From contig NC_045696.1 in assembly GCF_009834535.1 (NCBI RefSeq), positions 22,198,001 through 22,262,000 on the forward strand: a stretch of DNA of 64,000 nt, read 5' to 3'. The notes under the pieces were generated by a model. The model worked only from the letters and a program-made list of their open reading frames with translations, searched no databases and was not told where the DNA came from. Both the position numbers and the translations under genes were made by a program. Shown one piece after another: positions 13,358 to 27,091 of this stretch (position 1 is its first letter; every line of letters starts with the position of its first letter). Origin of the DNA: Camelus ferus (taxonomy: Eukaryota).

Positions 13358-13632
13358 GTGGTCTGAACTGAATGTTTGTTTCCCCAAAATTCCTGTGTTG
13401 AAATCCTAACCCTAAGGTGATTGACAGTATGGGGGGGAGGCGGCTTTGAGAAGTGATTAAGTCATAAGGATGGAGCTTTTATGAATGGGATTAGTGTCCT
13501 CACCAAGCACCAAATTTTTCAGCACCTTGACCTTGGACTTCGCAGCATCGAAAACTATTAGGAATAAATGTTGGTTGTTTAAGCCACTCAGTCTGTGATA
13601 TTTTTGTTACAGTAGCCCGAACAGACTAAGAC
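13358..13632 (+). mobile_element. MaLR LTR (MLT1A/MST-like), internally deleted
   Basis: ctgaatgtttgtttccccaaaattc...gttgaaatcctaaccc; caccttgaccttggacttc; aataaatg; agcccgaacagactaagac end. Confidence 0.8.
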
Positions 13633-14259
13633 GACCCATATATGAAATAAGCCAACTGTGGAGTGAAGATGACTGACTGAACATGATTTTTCTACTTTTA
13701 TGAAACCCCATTAAAACGTGGTAAAGAATTTTCTGTCAAGACATCAGATTGTAGGACAAAAAAATGGAGAAAAACATGACAGCATTAAAATTTGAAAATT
13801 GGGAAGATTAATGAAAGGTAACTAATGTACCAGATCCAAAAGTACTGGGCCCCAAGATGATGAGATAAAAGCCAAGAAGCATTGATTACACACTAGTCTT
13901 GGGAATTTGTGTTACTGGGTAGCTCTGGAAGTAGGACTGAAGATAGAACAAAAAATCAAAAGCATTTAGAACCTCAAATCCCCTATTTTCTCCCAACAAA
14001 AGCTTAGAAGTTTATTTTCTGGAAAAGTTAAAGCAGAGGGCTCTGGGAGAGTTGGGAGACTGCAATACTAAACAGAAAATTAAAACTATGTGGATGTTGG
14101 CATTTTGGAAAGAACTCATCCCTGCCCCTACTCCTTTTTCTTTATCTGGGTCTCAGAATGCAAGCCATCAGGGGTAAGCCTTCCAGAAAGGAGTTCAAAA
14201 CTCTTTCTCTAATGAATCCAACCCAACCCACTAAAGAAAAAATTCAAAGAGAAAGCCAA

Positions 14260-14480
14260 GACCTGTGTTGTCCAACATAGTAGCCACTAGCCACTTGTAG
14301 TGATTTAAATTAAAACTTAGGTAACTTAAACTAAGTAAAATTAAAGCAGCATTTCCTCAGTTGCACAAGCCACATTTTCAAGTGATCAACAGACATGTGT
14401 GGCTATGGTTGTGTTATGGTACAGTGTAGACATACAACACATCCATCATTGCACAGAGTTCTATGTGATAGCACGGGTCC
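14260..14480. mobile_element. hAT-Charlie MITE (MER3/MER33-like)
   Basis: tgtccaacatagtagccactagccac ... ttcctcagttgcacaagccacattttcaagtg ... atgtgtggcta. Confidence 0.75.
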
Positions 14481-14804
14481 AGACAGACCTTCCTACAGCA
14501 AAGTCAACAACCTCCACTCTCACAGTCTGTATGTCCCACTCTCACAGTCTGTATGTCACACTCTCAAATATGTGCAAACATGAAGGATCACCAGATGTCT
14601 AAGACATCTTTTAAATCACACTCACAGAAACAGAGACCTGAGTTACAACGTAAGCAAACAGGAAGAACCAGAGAAAATACACAGAGAAAAAAATATATAT
14701 ATATTACCATTGATATTTTCATGGAAGTAAGAGAAAATAGTTTCTCTGAAATAAGTATAGCCTGTTGCAAAAAAAAAATCAATACATAAAAATACAAGAT
14801 ATTA

Positions 14805-15225
14805 GACATTTTAAGGAGATCATCATTCTAAGTAAGCCAGAAAGAGAAAGAAAAATACCATATACTATCACTTGTACGTGGAATCTTAAAAAAGAACACA
14901 AGTGAGCTTACTTACAAAACAGAACAGACTCACAGACATAGAAAACAAACTTATGGTTACCAGAGTGGGAAGGGAATGGGAAGGGATAAATTGAGAGTTT
15001 AAGATTTGGAGACACTAATTACTATATATAAAATAAATAACAAGTTTATACTGTATAGCACAGGGAACTATATTCAATATCTTGTAGTAACCTATAATAA
15101 AAAAGAATATGAAAACAAATATATGTATGTATATGTATGACTGAAACATGATGCTGCATGGCAGACATTGACACAATATTGTAAACTGACTATACTTCAA
15201 TAAAAAAAGAACAACAAAAAAATTT
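14805..15225 (+). mobile_element. Younger LINE-1 3' end
   Basis: catcattctaagtaagccagaaagagaaagaaaaataccatat ... cattgacacaatattgtaaactgactatacttcaataaaaaa. Confidence 0.9.
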
Positions 15226-16495
15226 TAAAAATACAGTGACACAAATGAAAAACTCAATAGAAGCGTTAGAAGATAAAATTAGAGAAAATTCTCAGAAAGC
15301 AAAATGAAAAAGAGAGAAAATAATCAGAAAACTACAGAACAAGTTCGTAAGTTCTAAATTCAGATAAAAGGAGTTCTCAAGAAGCAGAACAGAGAAAATG
15401 ACGGGAGAAAATTATTTAAGAAACATTTCAAGTGTATTTCCCAGAATGGAATGCCATAAGTTTCCAGAATGAAAGGGGATCCAGAGTACCTCAGCAATGG
15501 CTGAAAATAAACCACACCAGAGTCACCTCATCATGAAATCTTAAAACACAGGGACAGAGGCAAGCCTGGGGTGGAGACAGGGGATGGCCACCTAAAAATA
15601 CTGAGAATCTGAATCGCTTTGTGTTTTTCAACAGTACACTGGAAGTAGAAGATTGATGCCTTAAAAAATTCTGAAGGAAAATATTTCTCACCATGGATGT
15701 CTATAGCCAGCCAAACTATTAATTAAGTATGAGGGAAGAATAAGGACATTTTCAGACATGCAGGGTATCAAAAATTTTACATCACCTGCATCCTCTCTCA
15801 GATAGCTGCTTAGAAGCTGTGCTTCACGAAACTAAGTGGATAAGCCAAAAACAAACAAAAAAAAAAACAAAAAAGAAGCCATAAGATCCTGGAGACAAGA
15901 ACCCTACTGGGGAGAAAGGTGGAGGGAATTTCAGAACCCTGGTCACAAGCAATTCCATGATCACAGCTGTGTGAAGGCTCTAAGAACAGCTTTTCCAGAT
16001 TAGGGCAGGTTAGCGTGCTTCAGGAAGGAGTGCTTCAGGAATATGCAACATCAGAACACCCTATGTGTCCAAACACATCAAGAGATATTAGCAATTGGTA
16101 GAAAGTTTCAATTAAGAATACACAGAAAACTATTTTTTTAATTAAAGGATAATTTTTTTTAATCCAGAGAAAACATATAAATCATTGTATTCTGTTAGGC
16201 ATAGCTGTGAATAGCATTTATATCATGATAATAATGTAGTAATTTTGCTCTGATCCAAATTATGAAATAACTATACTAAAGAGATGAGAGCAAAAAAGAA
16301 TGCATGTAGTGGGGTGGATTGAAGGCATGCAGACTAAAGAAAAATCATCATCTTCCAAAATGTGGTATTAATAGATAATGACCAAAACAAAAAATCAAAA
16401 ATGGAAATATTAGCATATAATTTAGAAAACAGATGATCATATACCAAGAGAAAAAAACAAAACAAATTAAAGAACTGAAAGTGGTTGCTTCTGGG

Positions 16496-19400
16496 TATTG
16501 GGGCTCAAGGAAGGCTGCTCAAAACTTGCAAAAGTGGCACATTATTTTGAATTAAAGTTACTGAAGAAACAGCTGGTGAAAAAAAAAGTGGCATAAAAAA
16601 CACTCAGACTCCCCTCTTTCCCAAAGAAAGTGAGAAACAAATTTTCCATGTGAAGGTGTCCTCCCTATACTAGGAGGACAGAATGCATCCTTATCACTAC
16701 AGTTAGGGAATTCAAGGCTAAGAAAGCTGCCTGAACAAACTGTTACTTTTCATTAGTTTGCTATCCCAAGTACAAGCCCTTTTTTTGTTAGATCTTCACA
16801 AATAATTGTTTCTTTGTCTAAAAATGGTATATTAATGATGATGTAAAATGATGTGACAGCCTGCTTTGGTCGCTTCAGGGGTCCTACTTCTATGAGACCT
16901 CTGTACAAATTTTTCTCCTGTTAACCTATCTTGTGTCAATTTAATTACTAGACAAGCCAAAAGAACTCAAGAAGGCTGGAGGAAAATTTTCCCCCTCCCC
17001 AGCAGTTGGCCAAGATACTGGCTGAACCCTACTCCATGCCACCTTTGAGGCTAGTCCAGCTGAGAAACCCCTGAATCTCTGGCAAAGACTGGCAGGAGGT
17101 AAGATTTCTTACCACATCAGCCCCCCAGATCTCTGCCTCCTGGACTAACAGGAGAAAATATTTATGGAACTGGTTTCTTGGACAAAGAAAATCTGGTAAT
17201 AAGTATTGATCCTTATCTTCCCAAAGACAGTTGCTCTTTTTCTTTGTGTCTGTCTTGCACGTCATTTGTCATAAAGAGAAAAACCCATAGCTCAGAATGT
17301 AGGAATAAGCCCTAGACTATAAGCCTGCTGTTTGAGCCAGCCTCACAGATCCAAGGTCATGGTTCTCACCAGACTGGCAACTGTTTAGCCAAACTTTCCT
17401 GTGGGTCCCCTATGTAAAAACCAGGTGATGTTTCCCTTCCATCTTGTTCTACGCCCTGAGAGCTTGGCTTTGTCACCAGTGAGGATGTTCTCTCTGGTGT
17501 CTGCCATCCAGAGGGTGCACTCACTGAGGTGCACCTTGGTGACTAGTTGCACAGACTAGGGTTCTGAGACACAGAATCACAGACAGCAGCACTCTCTTTG
17601 TCCAGCCATGCAAGTTCTCTGGGAAATTTGTCATAAGGGGTCCCAGTCCATAAGGGGCCTTTGATATCTCAACCTTCGTTACTTAGTGCTGGAAAAATCC
17701 CATTCCAGGAGTGCTTGCCAGTGTCACATATTAGCAAGTTTGTGACTGGAGTTGTTTCATATCCTCATGAGAAACCGAGACACAATATTCACCACACCAT
17801 TCTTACCACATGTAGCAGTGAAGGGCTTTTACTTAGATTAACTCTGGGAGTAAACTTTCTGGATCTTGTGAGGGTTGCACAGTCTTTTGTGAGAGGCCTC
17901 TTGCATCTTTGGTTAAGTCAAAAAAGTCTTTGTATTGTACCTAATTCATGGCTCAAATTTTAAAATGAAAGCTAAGATCTCGATGTTTGTTTGTGTATCT
18001 ATGTATGTACCTGTCAGATACGATATTTTTCTAGCTCTATATTGCCAAAATTAACTCATAAATGAGCTCTATTTACTTGACTTAAAGCAAACAACTACTT
18101 ATATGAATTAAATTATAATGGAAACTAACACAAATGTTTCTCAAGTTTGCATGATCTAAGGTTAATCTTTAGCAAATTAAAGCTAGTTTAAGGATGTTGG
18201 TTTAATTAAAACAGGCATATTTTTAGAGCTATTAGCATTGAATGTAATGCAAACATACAACTTTTATGTTATCTGGGTTTATTAATCAAATAAGCTCATG
18301 TTATAAAATTTATTAGCAAGAAAACTAACTTGGTATTATAACATTTTTGCAAGTAATCTAAACCTAATTGTTGAAAAAAATTCAATTGATTTAAGTGAGA
18401 TAAGTTTTTAGGTGAATTTTTTAACAATGATTTTTAAATGGTATATCTAGTTAAAAATAGTTACTCACGTCTCTTCGGTGACTCCCACTGTTAACAGTTT
18501 TTCTATGTTAAACCCCCAAAAAACAAAAAAAACAAGGATTCTCTATTTTATGCTTGATAATTTCCTGTGTTTGCTATCTTTATTAGGTTTCATTACTTAA
18601 GTAAACTGAGTCTTTTCAGTATCAAAAGAGCTAAAGCTTTTTACAAATATTTAACTTTCTGTATTAGCTTTCAAAGTCTTTGTCATTTTGGTTAAATGGA
18701 TAACTAAGTATTGTTTCACGGTGACCTATGATTCTATTTGACCAAGTGGTTTTAAACCTATTGATATTTTTGACAAACTTCCCCAAATCAAATTCTAAAT
18801 AAAGTCTTAATTTCCTGGAAATAATGGATTTTCTAGAGGGCCCCAGGAACATGTAAAAAGAATTGTTTTCTTTCCTTATAAAAGAGATATTAAACTAATT
18901 AGGCTTATTTGGAATGTTAAATTACATGGGAAGCATTGTCAAATAAGTGATGATAAACCTTCTTAGGCTACAATATATAATATATATAGTATGGGCTTAC
19001 AATATATAATACAATATTTTATTGTATGGGTAAATGTTACTAGAGATTGTATGAAATTTCTAAAATTTGGATATGTCCTGATACAATGTTATCAGCCATA
19101 GTCTAGTTATTATCCTGAATGTTGTATGCCTCAGAAATAACCAAATTTCCTTGTTAATTGCATTGTCATGGATTCTCATCAAGATCTTTAGGCATGGAAA
19201 TTTTTAACTCTTTTATCATTTAAACAGTTGTCATTTTACTCAGATACTTTTAGAAAAGCTTCCTGCAAGTGTGTTTTGTCTTCAGAGGAATTCATGGAAA
19301 GGAATCCAACAAGTATTCTAAAGTACAATTTCTGAGAGTTATCAAATCATACCACTGAACTGGGTAAAAATTTACAGAATTTTAATGAAAAAATCAAATG

Positions 19401-21607
19401 CCTTGACAAAACTTCAAACAAAATATCAAGACAAACAAGAATTAATTACATGGGACTGAATGAACTGAGGAAGGTGACTTTAATTTTTTGTGATTTTTTT
19501 TTTTACTTGAAACATTACTGATTTTTTTTTAATGTTTTGTTCTCCAGATTAAAAAAAAACTGTTTACCTCTTTTCTCTTAAGCCACCAATGACTTAGAGC
19601 AATCTGGTAAATTATAACCTTTGTAAGCAGAATTGCAACGTTTATCTTTTTCTCTCTCATTCCTCCAGAATTCAGACTAATATGAGTATTCCTATTTTCA
19701 TGACAATATAGTTATTAAAATAATTTCTATAAGAATCTGTTCTCCTGATAACAGAATACAATTGGAAACACTGATTGTATTGCCAAGGCTTTACCTGGAA
19801 TGTGATATCGGAGAACATGCGTAGACTCAGATATGACCACATAACTTTAAGGAACTAAGACTGACTTTATGGAGCCAATAAAGCCCATCGGGTAGTCGGC
19901 CTGGCACCTTACTTACAGGGTTCCCAGCAACCTTCCCAGGTGTGTAAGGAAGGTCACTTCTTGCAGGCCCAGGAAACTCAGGATGTTTTGGGAACCTCAG
20001 GAAGAGAGGAATTCATTCAAATCTATAGGTATTGCAGATGAAGTCTGAGGACAAATATTTGGCTTGGCTTTTTCGCCTTGAGAGACTATTAAAATTCAGT
20101 CTAAAGATTCCTTATGAAAAGTTTCAGTGAAGCAGATTTTTTAAAAGCCTATACAATCAATCACTATTTTTGCTGAACTTATATAACTAGGCCAAATTTA
20201 TTTAATCTAGACTTATTTTGCAAACAAAGTGGTCTTAATTTGGCTACCTTTGGTAAAAATGGAAGTAATTTTAGAAAGAAAAAATACGTTTCAGTAGAAA
20301 CTATAAAACACACTTGTGGATATCAGATTCTAGTTCTATTATCTTTGAGATTTTGTTTTCTATCTATAAACTGGACTGAATTCTCAATTATTTTAGTATC
20401 CTCTAATATTTAGCTACAACTCTTGAAACTAAGTTTTCCAATTTTCTCCCATCCTTTTGACTTGGAGTCATTCAGAATTAAGACTACTCTTTTTCCTGAA
20501 GCCCTGCAAACTGAAGCTAGATGACTTGACATAAACTTTAGAGAAATAACCACAATAGCTCATCTTAAAGCAATCTTCATGCCTGTTCCTGTAAAGGCCA
20601 CTCAAAGTTTGCCTGAACACCTGATAACATCATCAGAGACATGACAAACTTCGAGAGTTGTTTCAACCCTGACATGTAGAAATCTTGACTAGCTGCCCCT
20701 GGGCTCAGAAATTGCTTTACAGTTGACTCCAACCATTTACCTTTGTTTTTCTTTTGTTTCCATAGACACAACTCTTATTAAATACCTGATGGCTTGTGCA
20801 GTGTATTCCTGACTTTGGGAGCCCACATGCGTCACCACCTCCTGAAATGATTCTAACCGAACTGACTTATTCTCAGGACTAAGAAACTGACTCAATAAAA
20901 TGATAGGGCAATCCATCAGCTCAGCTTTTAATATGTAAACCTTCCAAGGACATTTCAGAGGAGAGAACTGTTGGGGTTCAGGGCAAGCCACCTCCAAATA
21001 TGCCAAGTGACATATTAATTATTTTGTTTTGGGGGTTTTTTTGGAGGGGAGGAGGTAGGTAGATTTTTTATTTATTTTTTTTAATGGAGGTACTGGGGAT
21101 TGAACCCAGGACCTCATGCATGCTAAGCATGTGCTCCACCACTTGAACTACACCCTCTCCTCTTAATTATTTTGAATTAAAGTTACTTGAGAAACGGTGG
21201 GAAAAAAAGAAGATATTAAAAAACACTCTGACCTCCCCTTTCTCCCTGAAAGTGGGAAATAAATCTCCCATGTAAAGATATTCTCCCTAAACCAGGAGAA
21301 CAGAAAGCATCCTTATCATCAAAATTAGGAAATTCAAGGCTAAGAAAGCTGTATAGACAAACTTTGTTACTTCCTCATTAGTTTGCTACCCCAAGTACAA
21401 GCCCCTTTGTATTATTAATTGTTTCCTCTGTGTAAAAATGATATATAAAAAGCCTGCTTTGGTCACTTTGGGGCTCCTACTTCTATGAGATTTCCATATG
21501 TATGAATTAATTTTTTCTCCAGTTAATCTATCTCTTATCAATTTAATTATTAGACCATTCAAAAGAACTCAAGAAAGTTAGAAGGGAAACTTTCCCCCTC
21601 CCTGACA
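16496..21607 (+). mobile_element. Two-LTR non-autonomous ERV1 provirus (MER34-like LTRs, MER4-group-like AT-rich interior)
   Basis: Homologous LTRs at 16496-17004 and 20969-21607 (TG/TA...CA), decayed tgg PBS at ~17007, polypurine tract agaggagagaa 20957-20967, 4-bp flanks tggg/tgag; no long ORF in the interior. Confidence 0.9.
21027..21162 (-). mobile_element. Vic-1-type SINE inserted in the 3' LTR
   Basis: Reverse SINE (tggaggtactggggattgaacccaggacctcatgcatgctaagcatg) with a perfect 12-bp TSD ttaattattttg at 21015-21026 and 21163-21174. Confidence 0.93.
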
Positions 21608-24532
21608 TGAGTAATAAGAAAGACTAAGATTTTTTTGCACCTTCCTGTTATTTTTTTTTCTTTAAATTTTGTGCAACTATAACTTTGTTTTTTTTTTAAA
21701 AGGAGGGAAAAAAGGTATAGGGAACAAAATACAAACCTGCAGTCCAAGTGTATGAATGACTATTTGTGTCTCAGAGAAATTTTCAAGCGATAGCATCATG
21801 CACAAATTCCTTTCACCCCTCCCCACCAGTGTTGCTATCTCTTCTAAGATTCCCATAGGTTTTCTGTTTTAGGTAACGATTCCTGTCTCCAAATTCTTCT
21901 ATTCAATTTCTCTTTGTCCCCTCCCATGTTTCACCTGCCTGTATTTCTTCCTTAGAAATATGAACCTAGTGCTTCTAGATAGTTCTTTATACTTAATCTG
22001 CATCTCTAATTATAACAAAGTTTTTGAGAACTAGAAGTATGTCTTGTGCTTCTTTGAAAACCTAGCACCTGATTCTATTCTTGCAATGGGATGAATATAT
22101 ATAAATATTGCCTAGTGAATACTTACTGAACATACATTATGCAATATAGTCACTTTATACATGTCCCCTAACTTAGTGCTAAAACAACTCTGCAAATGGA
22201 GTTTAATAATTGTCATTTTACAGATGAAATGGGGAAAAGAGAAAAGGCAGGAAAAATTTCATCATAACGCTGAGTATAAGAAATATTACATTTCTTTATT
22301 TTGTTTAAATGAAATTGAGCCTCAAAGCAGCAATCAACTGACAGGAAATTCCATTTCAGTCCTTTCTGGACGACCCTCCTCCACTTCCATTTCCAAGTGA
22401 TACAGAGGTCGGGGGTGGGTCTGTCAAAGGAAGGCTTGTGGTCCCCACTGGTCCCCAGTGATAGGCTCATTATCCACGCCACATGGATAAGCTTGAACAA
22501 GAGTTTCTATCATCTCCATTCCTGAGACCATGGCTCTCAGAGGCCTTCCTCCCTAACATCCTGTAGCAACCCACCCACTGCGAGTTAACAAGTGGGACCT
22601 GGGTGGGCTACCTTCTTTAGAAACCACCCATAACTCTTTCCTCCTGCTTGTCTCAAGGAAGTGCTGACAGTAGCTCATTATATCTCCACCCCCAGCACCC
22701 ACCAAAGCCGTTCTTTCTTCCACTCTGGCTGATGGGGTATAATTCCCTCAATGAGTCTAATCTTCCAAAACAACCCCCCCAACCACCAAAAAAAGAGAAT
22801 GAAGCTAGCCTCTGGCAACATCTGCTTTCAGCAACCCAAGTTCCCTAGGGCAAAGAAACACAGTGGTTCGGCTACTTTCCTGGTCTGGGAAGGGGAAAAA
22901 AAAGCCTCTAGCGTGAAAACAAAAGTGCAATTTCTTTTTTAATTGTACAGGAAAAAATATCCTGACTCCAATATAAATACATATATAATAGAAACATAGA
23001 GAAGTAAGCCTTTATATAATTATATTTATAACATACACAGTTGAATGAATGCCTGTGTGAAAAGATTTTCTCTGTAAAAGCAGTAACGTTTATTACAGTG
23101 ACCTGTCTCATCCTCAAGCCCTCTACTATTGCCTTTGAACCACATTCCAAACCCAGGGAAAAAACATGTTTATAAAACTGCAAAGGTCAAGACCAGTAAT
23201 GGAAATTGATTTTACATGCTCAGTGGAGTGTTTTTAAAACCATGGAACAGTCTAAGGGAAAAGAAATCTATTTAATCACTCGACAGTCTTTTGTAGTCCA
23301 TTAAAAAGGCTCCACAATTGTCTACCTCTCCTGAACCAACTTAACATAAATCCCGCCCATTAAAAAAGCACTTCTTAGAAACTGCACAGAATGTGCCCTT
23401 CTGAAGAGGTGAAAACTCCAGAGGATGAACTCTAACTGAGAATAATGATTCCTACATGAAGACAAGCTGCTTCCTTTAAATGTTTTTAATGAGGCAGAAA
23501 TTTTCCCTCGAAGCTCCTGCCCAATACCTGAGTAGCAGGTCTCTTTGAACTTGAAGTTTTCTCCCTTCACTCTCTGTTTGATGAGAGGATGGGGAAGAAA
23601 TCAATAGCCTCTGCTTCAGAAGCAATTATGGTGTGATTTTTTGCCTTTATTCTTTTTGAATTTCAGTCTATCATGGTCCACACTAAAAATCTCTTTGCCA
23701 TTTTTCAAAGCAAATTCATGATAATTTGAAGTATGATTTTACTGTTATTACAACTGACTGCTTTTTAAGTTCTTACCATTTCAGGTAGGAAATAAAGAAG
23801 AATAAAATGCTATATAGATTAGATTTAAGAGGCTGTATATCTGAATAACTACTTGGTTATACAAGCAGGTGTGATTTTCTTGATAGGTCAGTGCTCAAAT
23901 GAGTCTCCAGGCACAACTGTTTTCCGGCTGGGGAGGTCAGACTGCAAGTCCTTCTAAAGATCATTATGTTCGTTAGATCATCAATTTAATTAATTCCATT
24001 TAATTAAAGTTCTTGTATAAGTGTATAGTCAAGCACTGTTGTCTGGAATTTTGGTAGTCTTTCTATAAAGCCATAATTAATTAATTATGCATTAACTATA
24101 TAGAATCTATTCAAGGACAGAAACTTAGAGATAATGATTAATGGTTTGTACTACTACTACTGGTTTGAAACAAATTATATTTCAGATTGATTTATAGCGC
24201 CCTCTTTCCATACTAACAAGTCTTCAGTGTATCATAGCTGTTATGTCAAGGTAGACGCTCGTCTAAGGCTACTCACACATTCTTGTCTTTCACCTGATTC
24301 CTTCCCTTGCAGCCAGGGTCAGTCACAGCTGCTTCCCTCAACTAGTCCTAAACATGCAAGAAATTTGCATTTTTTTTTCTTTGAGACTGTGGTTTCCAGC
24401 TTTTAAAAAACTTCAATAATGTCTATTGTTCTTTTGAAATTTGTGTTGTTTTTTGATATGAGACCCATCTCAGCCAACTATCTATGACCTTCTGTAAGAT
24501 TCTGAATTACTAGGTAAGTTCTCTTCTCCATC

Positions 24533-25013
24533 TGTGACAGACTAATACATGGAAACACAAAATAAATCCATGCCCTAATCCCTGGAACCTATAAATGCTA
24601 CCTTATCTGGAAAAGAAGTTGATCTCATTAAATTAAGGAATTTGAGATGAGGAGATTGTCTTAAATCACCTATGTGAGTCCTAAGTGCTGTCACAGGTGT
24701 CCTTACAAGAGGGAGGCAGAGGGAGATTTGACACACACACAAAGGAGAAAATGATGTGAAGATAGAGAGATTTGAAGGTGCTGGCTTTGAAAGATTGGGG
24801 TGCTACAGCCACAAGCCAAGGAATGCCAGTAGCACCAGAAGATGGAAGAGGAAAGGACTCGATTCTTCCTTAGAATCTCTGGAGTGAGTATAGCTCTGCT
24901 TACACCTTGATTTCAGCCTAGTAGTACTGGCCTCCAGAACTGACAGAGAATAAATTTCTGTTCTTTTAAGCCACCAAATGTGTGGCATAACAGAGCCATA
25001 GGAAACTAATACA
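24533..25013 (+). mobile_element. MaLR solo LTR (MLT1C/D-like)
   Basis: TG...ggaaactaataCA; internal ctaatccctggaacc, cagccacaagccaaggaatgcc, gcctccagaactg; 5-bp flanks ccatc/ctatc. Confidence 0.88.
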
Positions 25014-25349
25014 CTATCCAATTCTTGACTTTCATTCTCTAAGGCTTGGTCATCTATATAGTGCCATGAAGTCACATAGAAAGCCAGTAGAGAAGGACTC
25101 ATAAAAGCCCATGAATAGTCTCAAGAACAAGAGAGTAATCAGATATCTCTAAATATTACTAAAAAGGTTGAGATAGAGATTTTAAAGTGCCTATTGGACT
25201 AGACAAGTTACAAAGTCTTTAGTAACCACAATAGTTTCAATACGATGGTAGGGGTCCATATCCAGTAGATTGACCAGTGAATGGGAAGTCAGAAAGATGA
25301 AATCAGTAAGGATAGAAACAATTTTCAAAAATCATGTTTGTACACAACT

Positions 25350-25585
25350 GGTGCTTTAGACATACAGCCTAGGGCCCACAAAAATATTTTAATTTCTTTT
25401 GGAATCAAATGAAAATATCAGCTTTCAGGCCAAAGAAAATGTTTTTGTATGTATTAACGTATTTATCTTTATGTAAGTACAATTGTAAAATATAAATGTA
25501 AATTTTTTTTTTTTTATGGAGGAGGGGGGCCCATGAAGGCAAAAATGCATTGGGCTTATGAAAGTAAGTCAGTATGTAGTCCTGC
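25350..25585. mobile_element. hAT MITE (MER96B-like)
   Basis: cctagggcccacaaaaatattttaatttctttt ... ggggcccatgaaggcaaaaatg ... cctg. Confidence 0.55.
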
Positions 25586-25621
25586 CTAGGAAGGGGCAGA
25601 TAATATAAGAAAAAAGAGAGA

Positions 25622-26107
25622 TGTTAAAGGTGGCAACTAAAGAATGTCACTCGCTGTCTGGTTCTACAAGAATTAAGTCATTAGCCAGTGAAGTTGCTGA
25701 CCTTCAACATACTCTGAAAGGAATTCAGGACAGAGATCAGGAATGAGGCACTCTGTGCTCTGGGAAAACTGAGAGAACAGAACTTCATAGTTAGATATTT
25801 TCAGGAGAAAATTTTATGAACCCCAATTCTTGCATTTTCCCATACTTTAGTGCTTTCCTAAGCACTAAAGTCATTAACAGAGATAATCTGTTCCTTGTGA
25901 GTAACAGTAGCCTTCTACCAAGATGTGTATTTGATTGCATGTACCCCTTTTCCAAAATCACATATATGCTGGCCTCCCCTCTTAACTGTTTGGAGAAGTT
26001 CCTTAGAGTTACCAGAGAGGTGATCTTCCAGGGTATAGTCTCAGTTAGTCCCCAGATAAAACTGAAACTCACAGCTCTTATATTGTGCATTTTTATTTCA
26101 GTCAACA
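25622..26107 (+). mobile_element. ERV1-type solo LTR
   Basis: tgttaa...tttatttcagtcaaca with TG...CA termini; gataaaactgaaactc near the 3' end; ~486 bp. Confidence 0.7.
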
Positions 26108-26584
26108 AAGGTCAGATTCTTGATGAAATTATTTTGAATTTATAGTCAAATTAAGACAGCAAAAGACTTAGAAGGATAAGAGATTGTGATGAAGGCATGT
26201 GATTTGAGAGTTTTAAGTTTTCAGAAATGGAGAAGGGTCTCACAGGTGATGAGAAGCCCTGGGATGTGGTGATGGAAGGTGGAAGGGAGGTGGCTGTTGT
26301 AGCAAAGGAGATCAAGGACCATGGTAGGTAGGAAGCTGAGAAGATCATTAATGCTGAAGTGATCCATGATGGTAGCAGAAGTTAGAAAGACTAGGATTTT
26401 AGGTGGGCCAAAGATTTATGTATAAAAATAAACACATAAAAATTGAAATACTGTAAGAAACAAAGGGAAGTTTTTTTCTTAGTTGACATTTATTGACAAA
26501 ATTCACAGTAAGTGGAATTTTAAGAAGCTCCTTAATAAAGTTTTATAATAATGAAATATATTTAAGGTATTTCTTCTGTGAGTT

Positions 26585-26852
26585 TATATCTATTTGTATT
26601 TAATTGATGTAATTGACATATAACATTATATATCATCTATAAAACATTACATTAGTTTCAAGTGTACATCATAATGATTCAATGTTTATATATACTGCAA
26701 AATGGTCACCACAATAAGTCTAGTTAATGTCTGTTACTATATATAGTTATAAATGTTTTTTCTTCTTGTGATGAGGACTTTCAAGATCTACTTTCTTAAC
26801 AACTTTCAAATATTCAATACAGTATTATTAACTATAAATCATCATGCTATAC
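26585..26852 (-). mobile_element. LINE-1 3' end (L1MA9-like), antisense
   Basis: taattgacatataacatt...caccacaataagtctagttaa...aactttcaaatattcaatacagtattattaactata. Confidence 0.75.
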
Positions 26853-27091
26853 AGAAAGTTTCTGATAATCTCAAAATAGGAAATATATAGGTATGATATA
26901 AAATATGCAAATTATAGAGATTAATAAACTAAACATATGCAAATACAATTATTTTGCATGACAGACACCAAAACAAAAAATGAACTTAATAAATTGGGAA
27001 AAAATATATTGCAACTTGTATTTCAGTAGAGGTCTATTTTCCTTATTATATAAAGACCTGCAACAAAACAAAAGGAAAACAGGTGGAAGTT

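Larger units (their letters stand above)
13660..16495 (+). mobile_element. HAL1-like / ancient L1M ORF1 element, interrupted by MER3/33, a younger L1 tail and the ERV; resumes at ~21608-21700
   Basis: Decayed ORF1 motifs (aaaattctgaaggaaaatatttc...ccagccaaactat...gaataaggacattttcagacatgcagg) with no ORF2; HAL1-like tail aactgaaagtggttgcttctggg, continued after the ERV by ctttaaattttgtgcaactataactttg. Confidence 0.6.
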
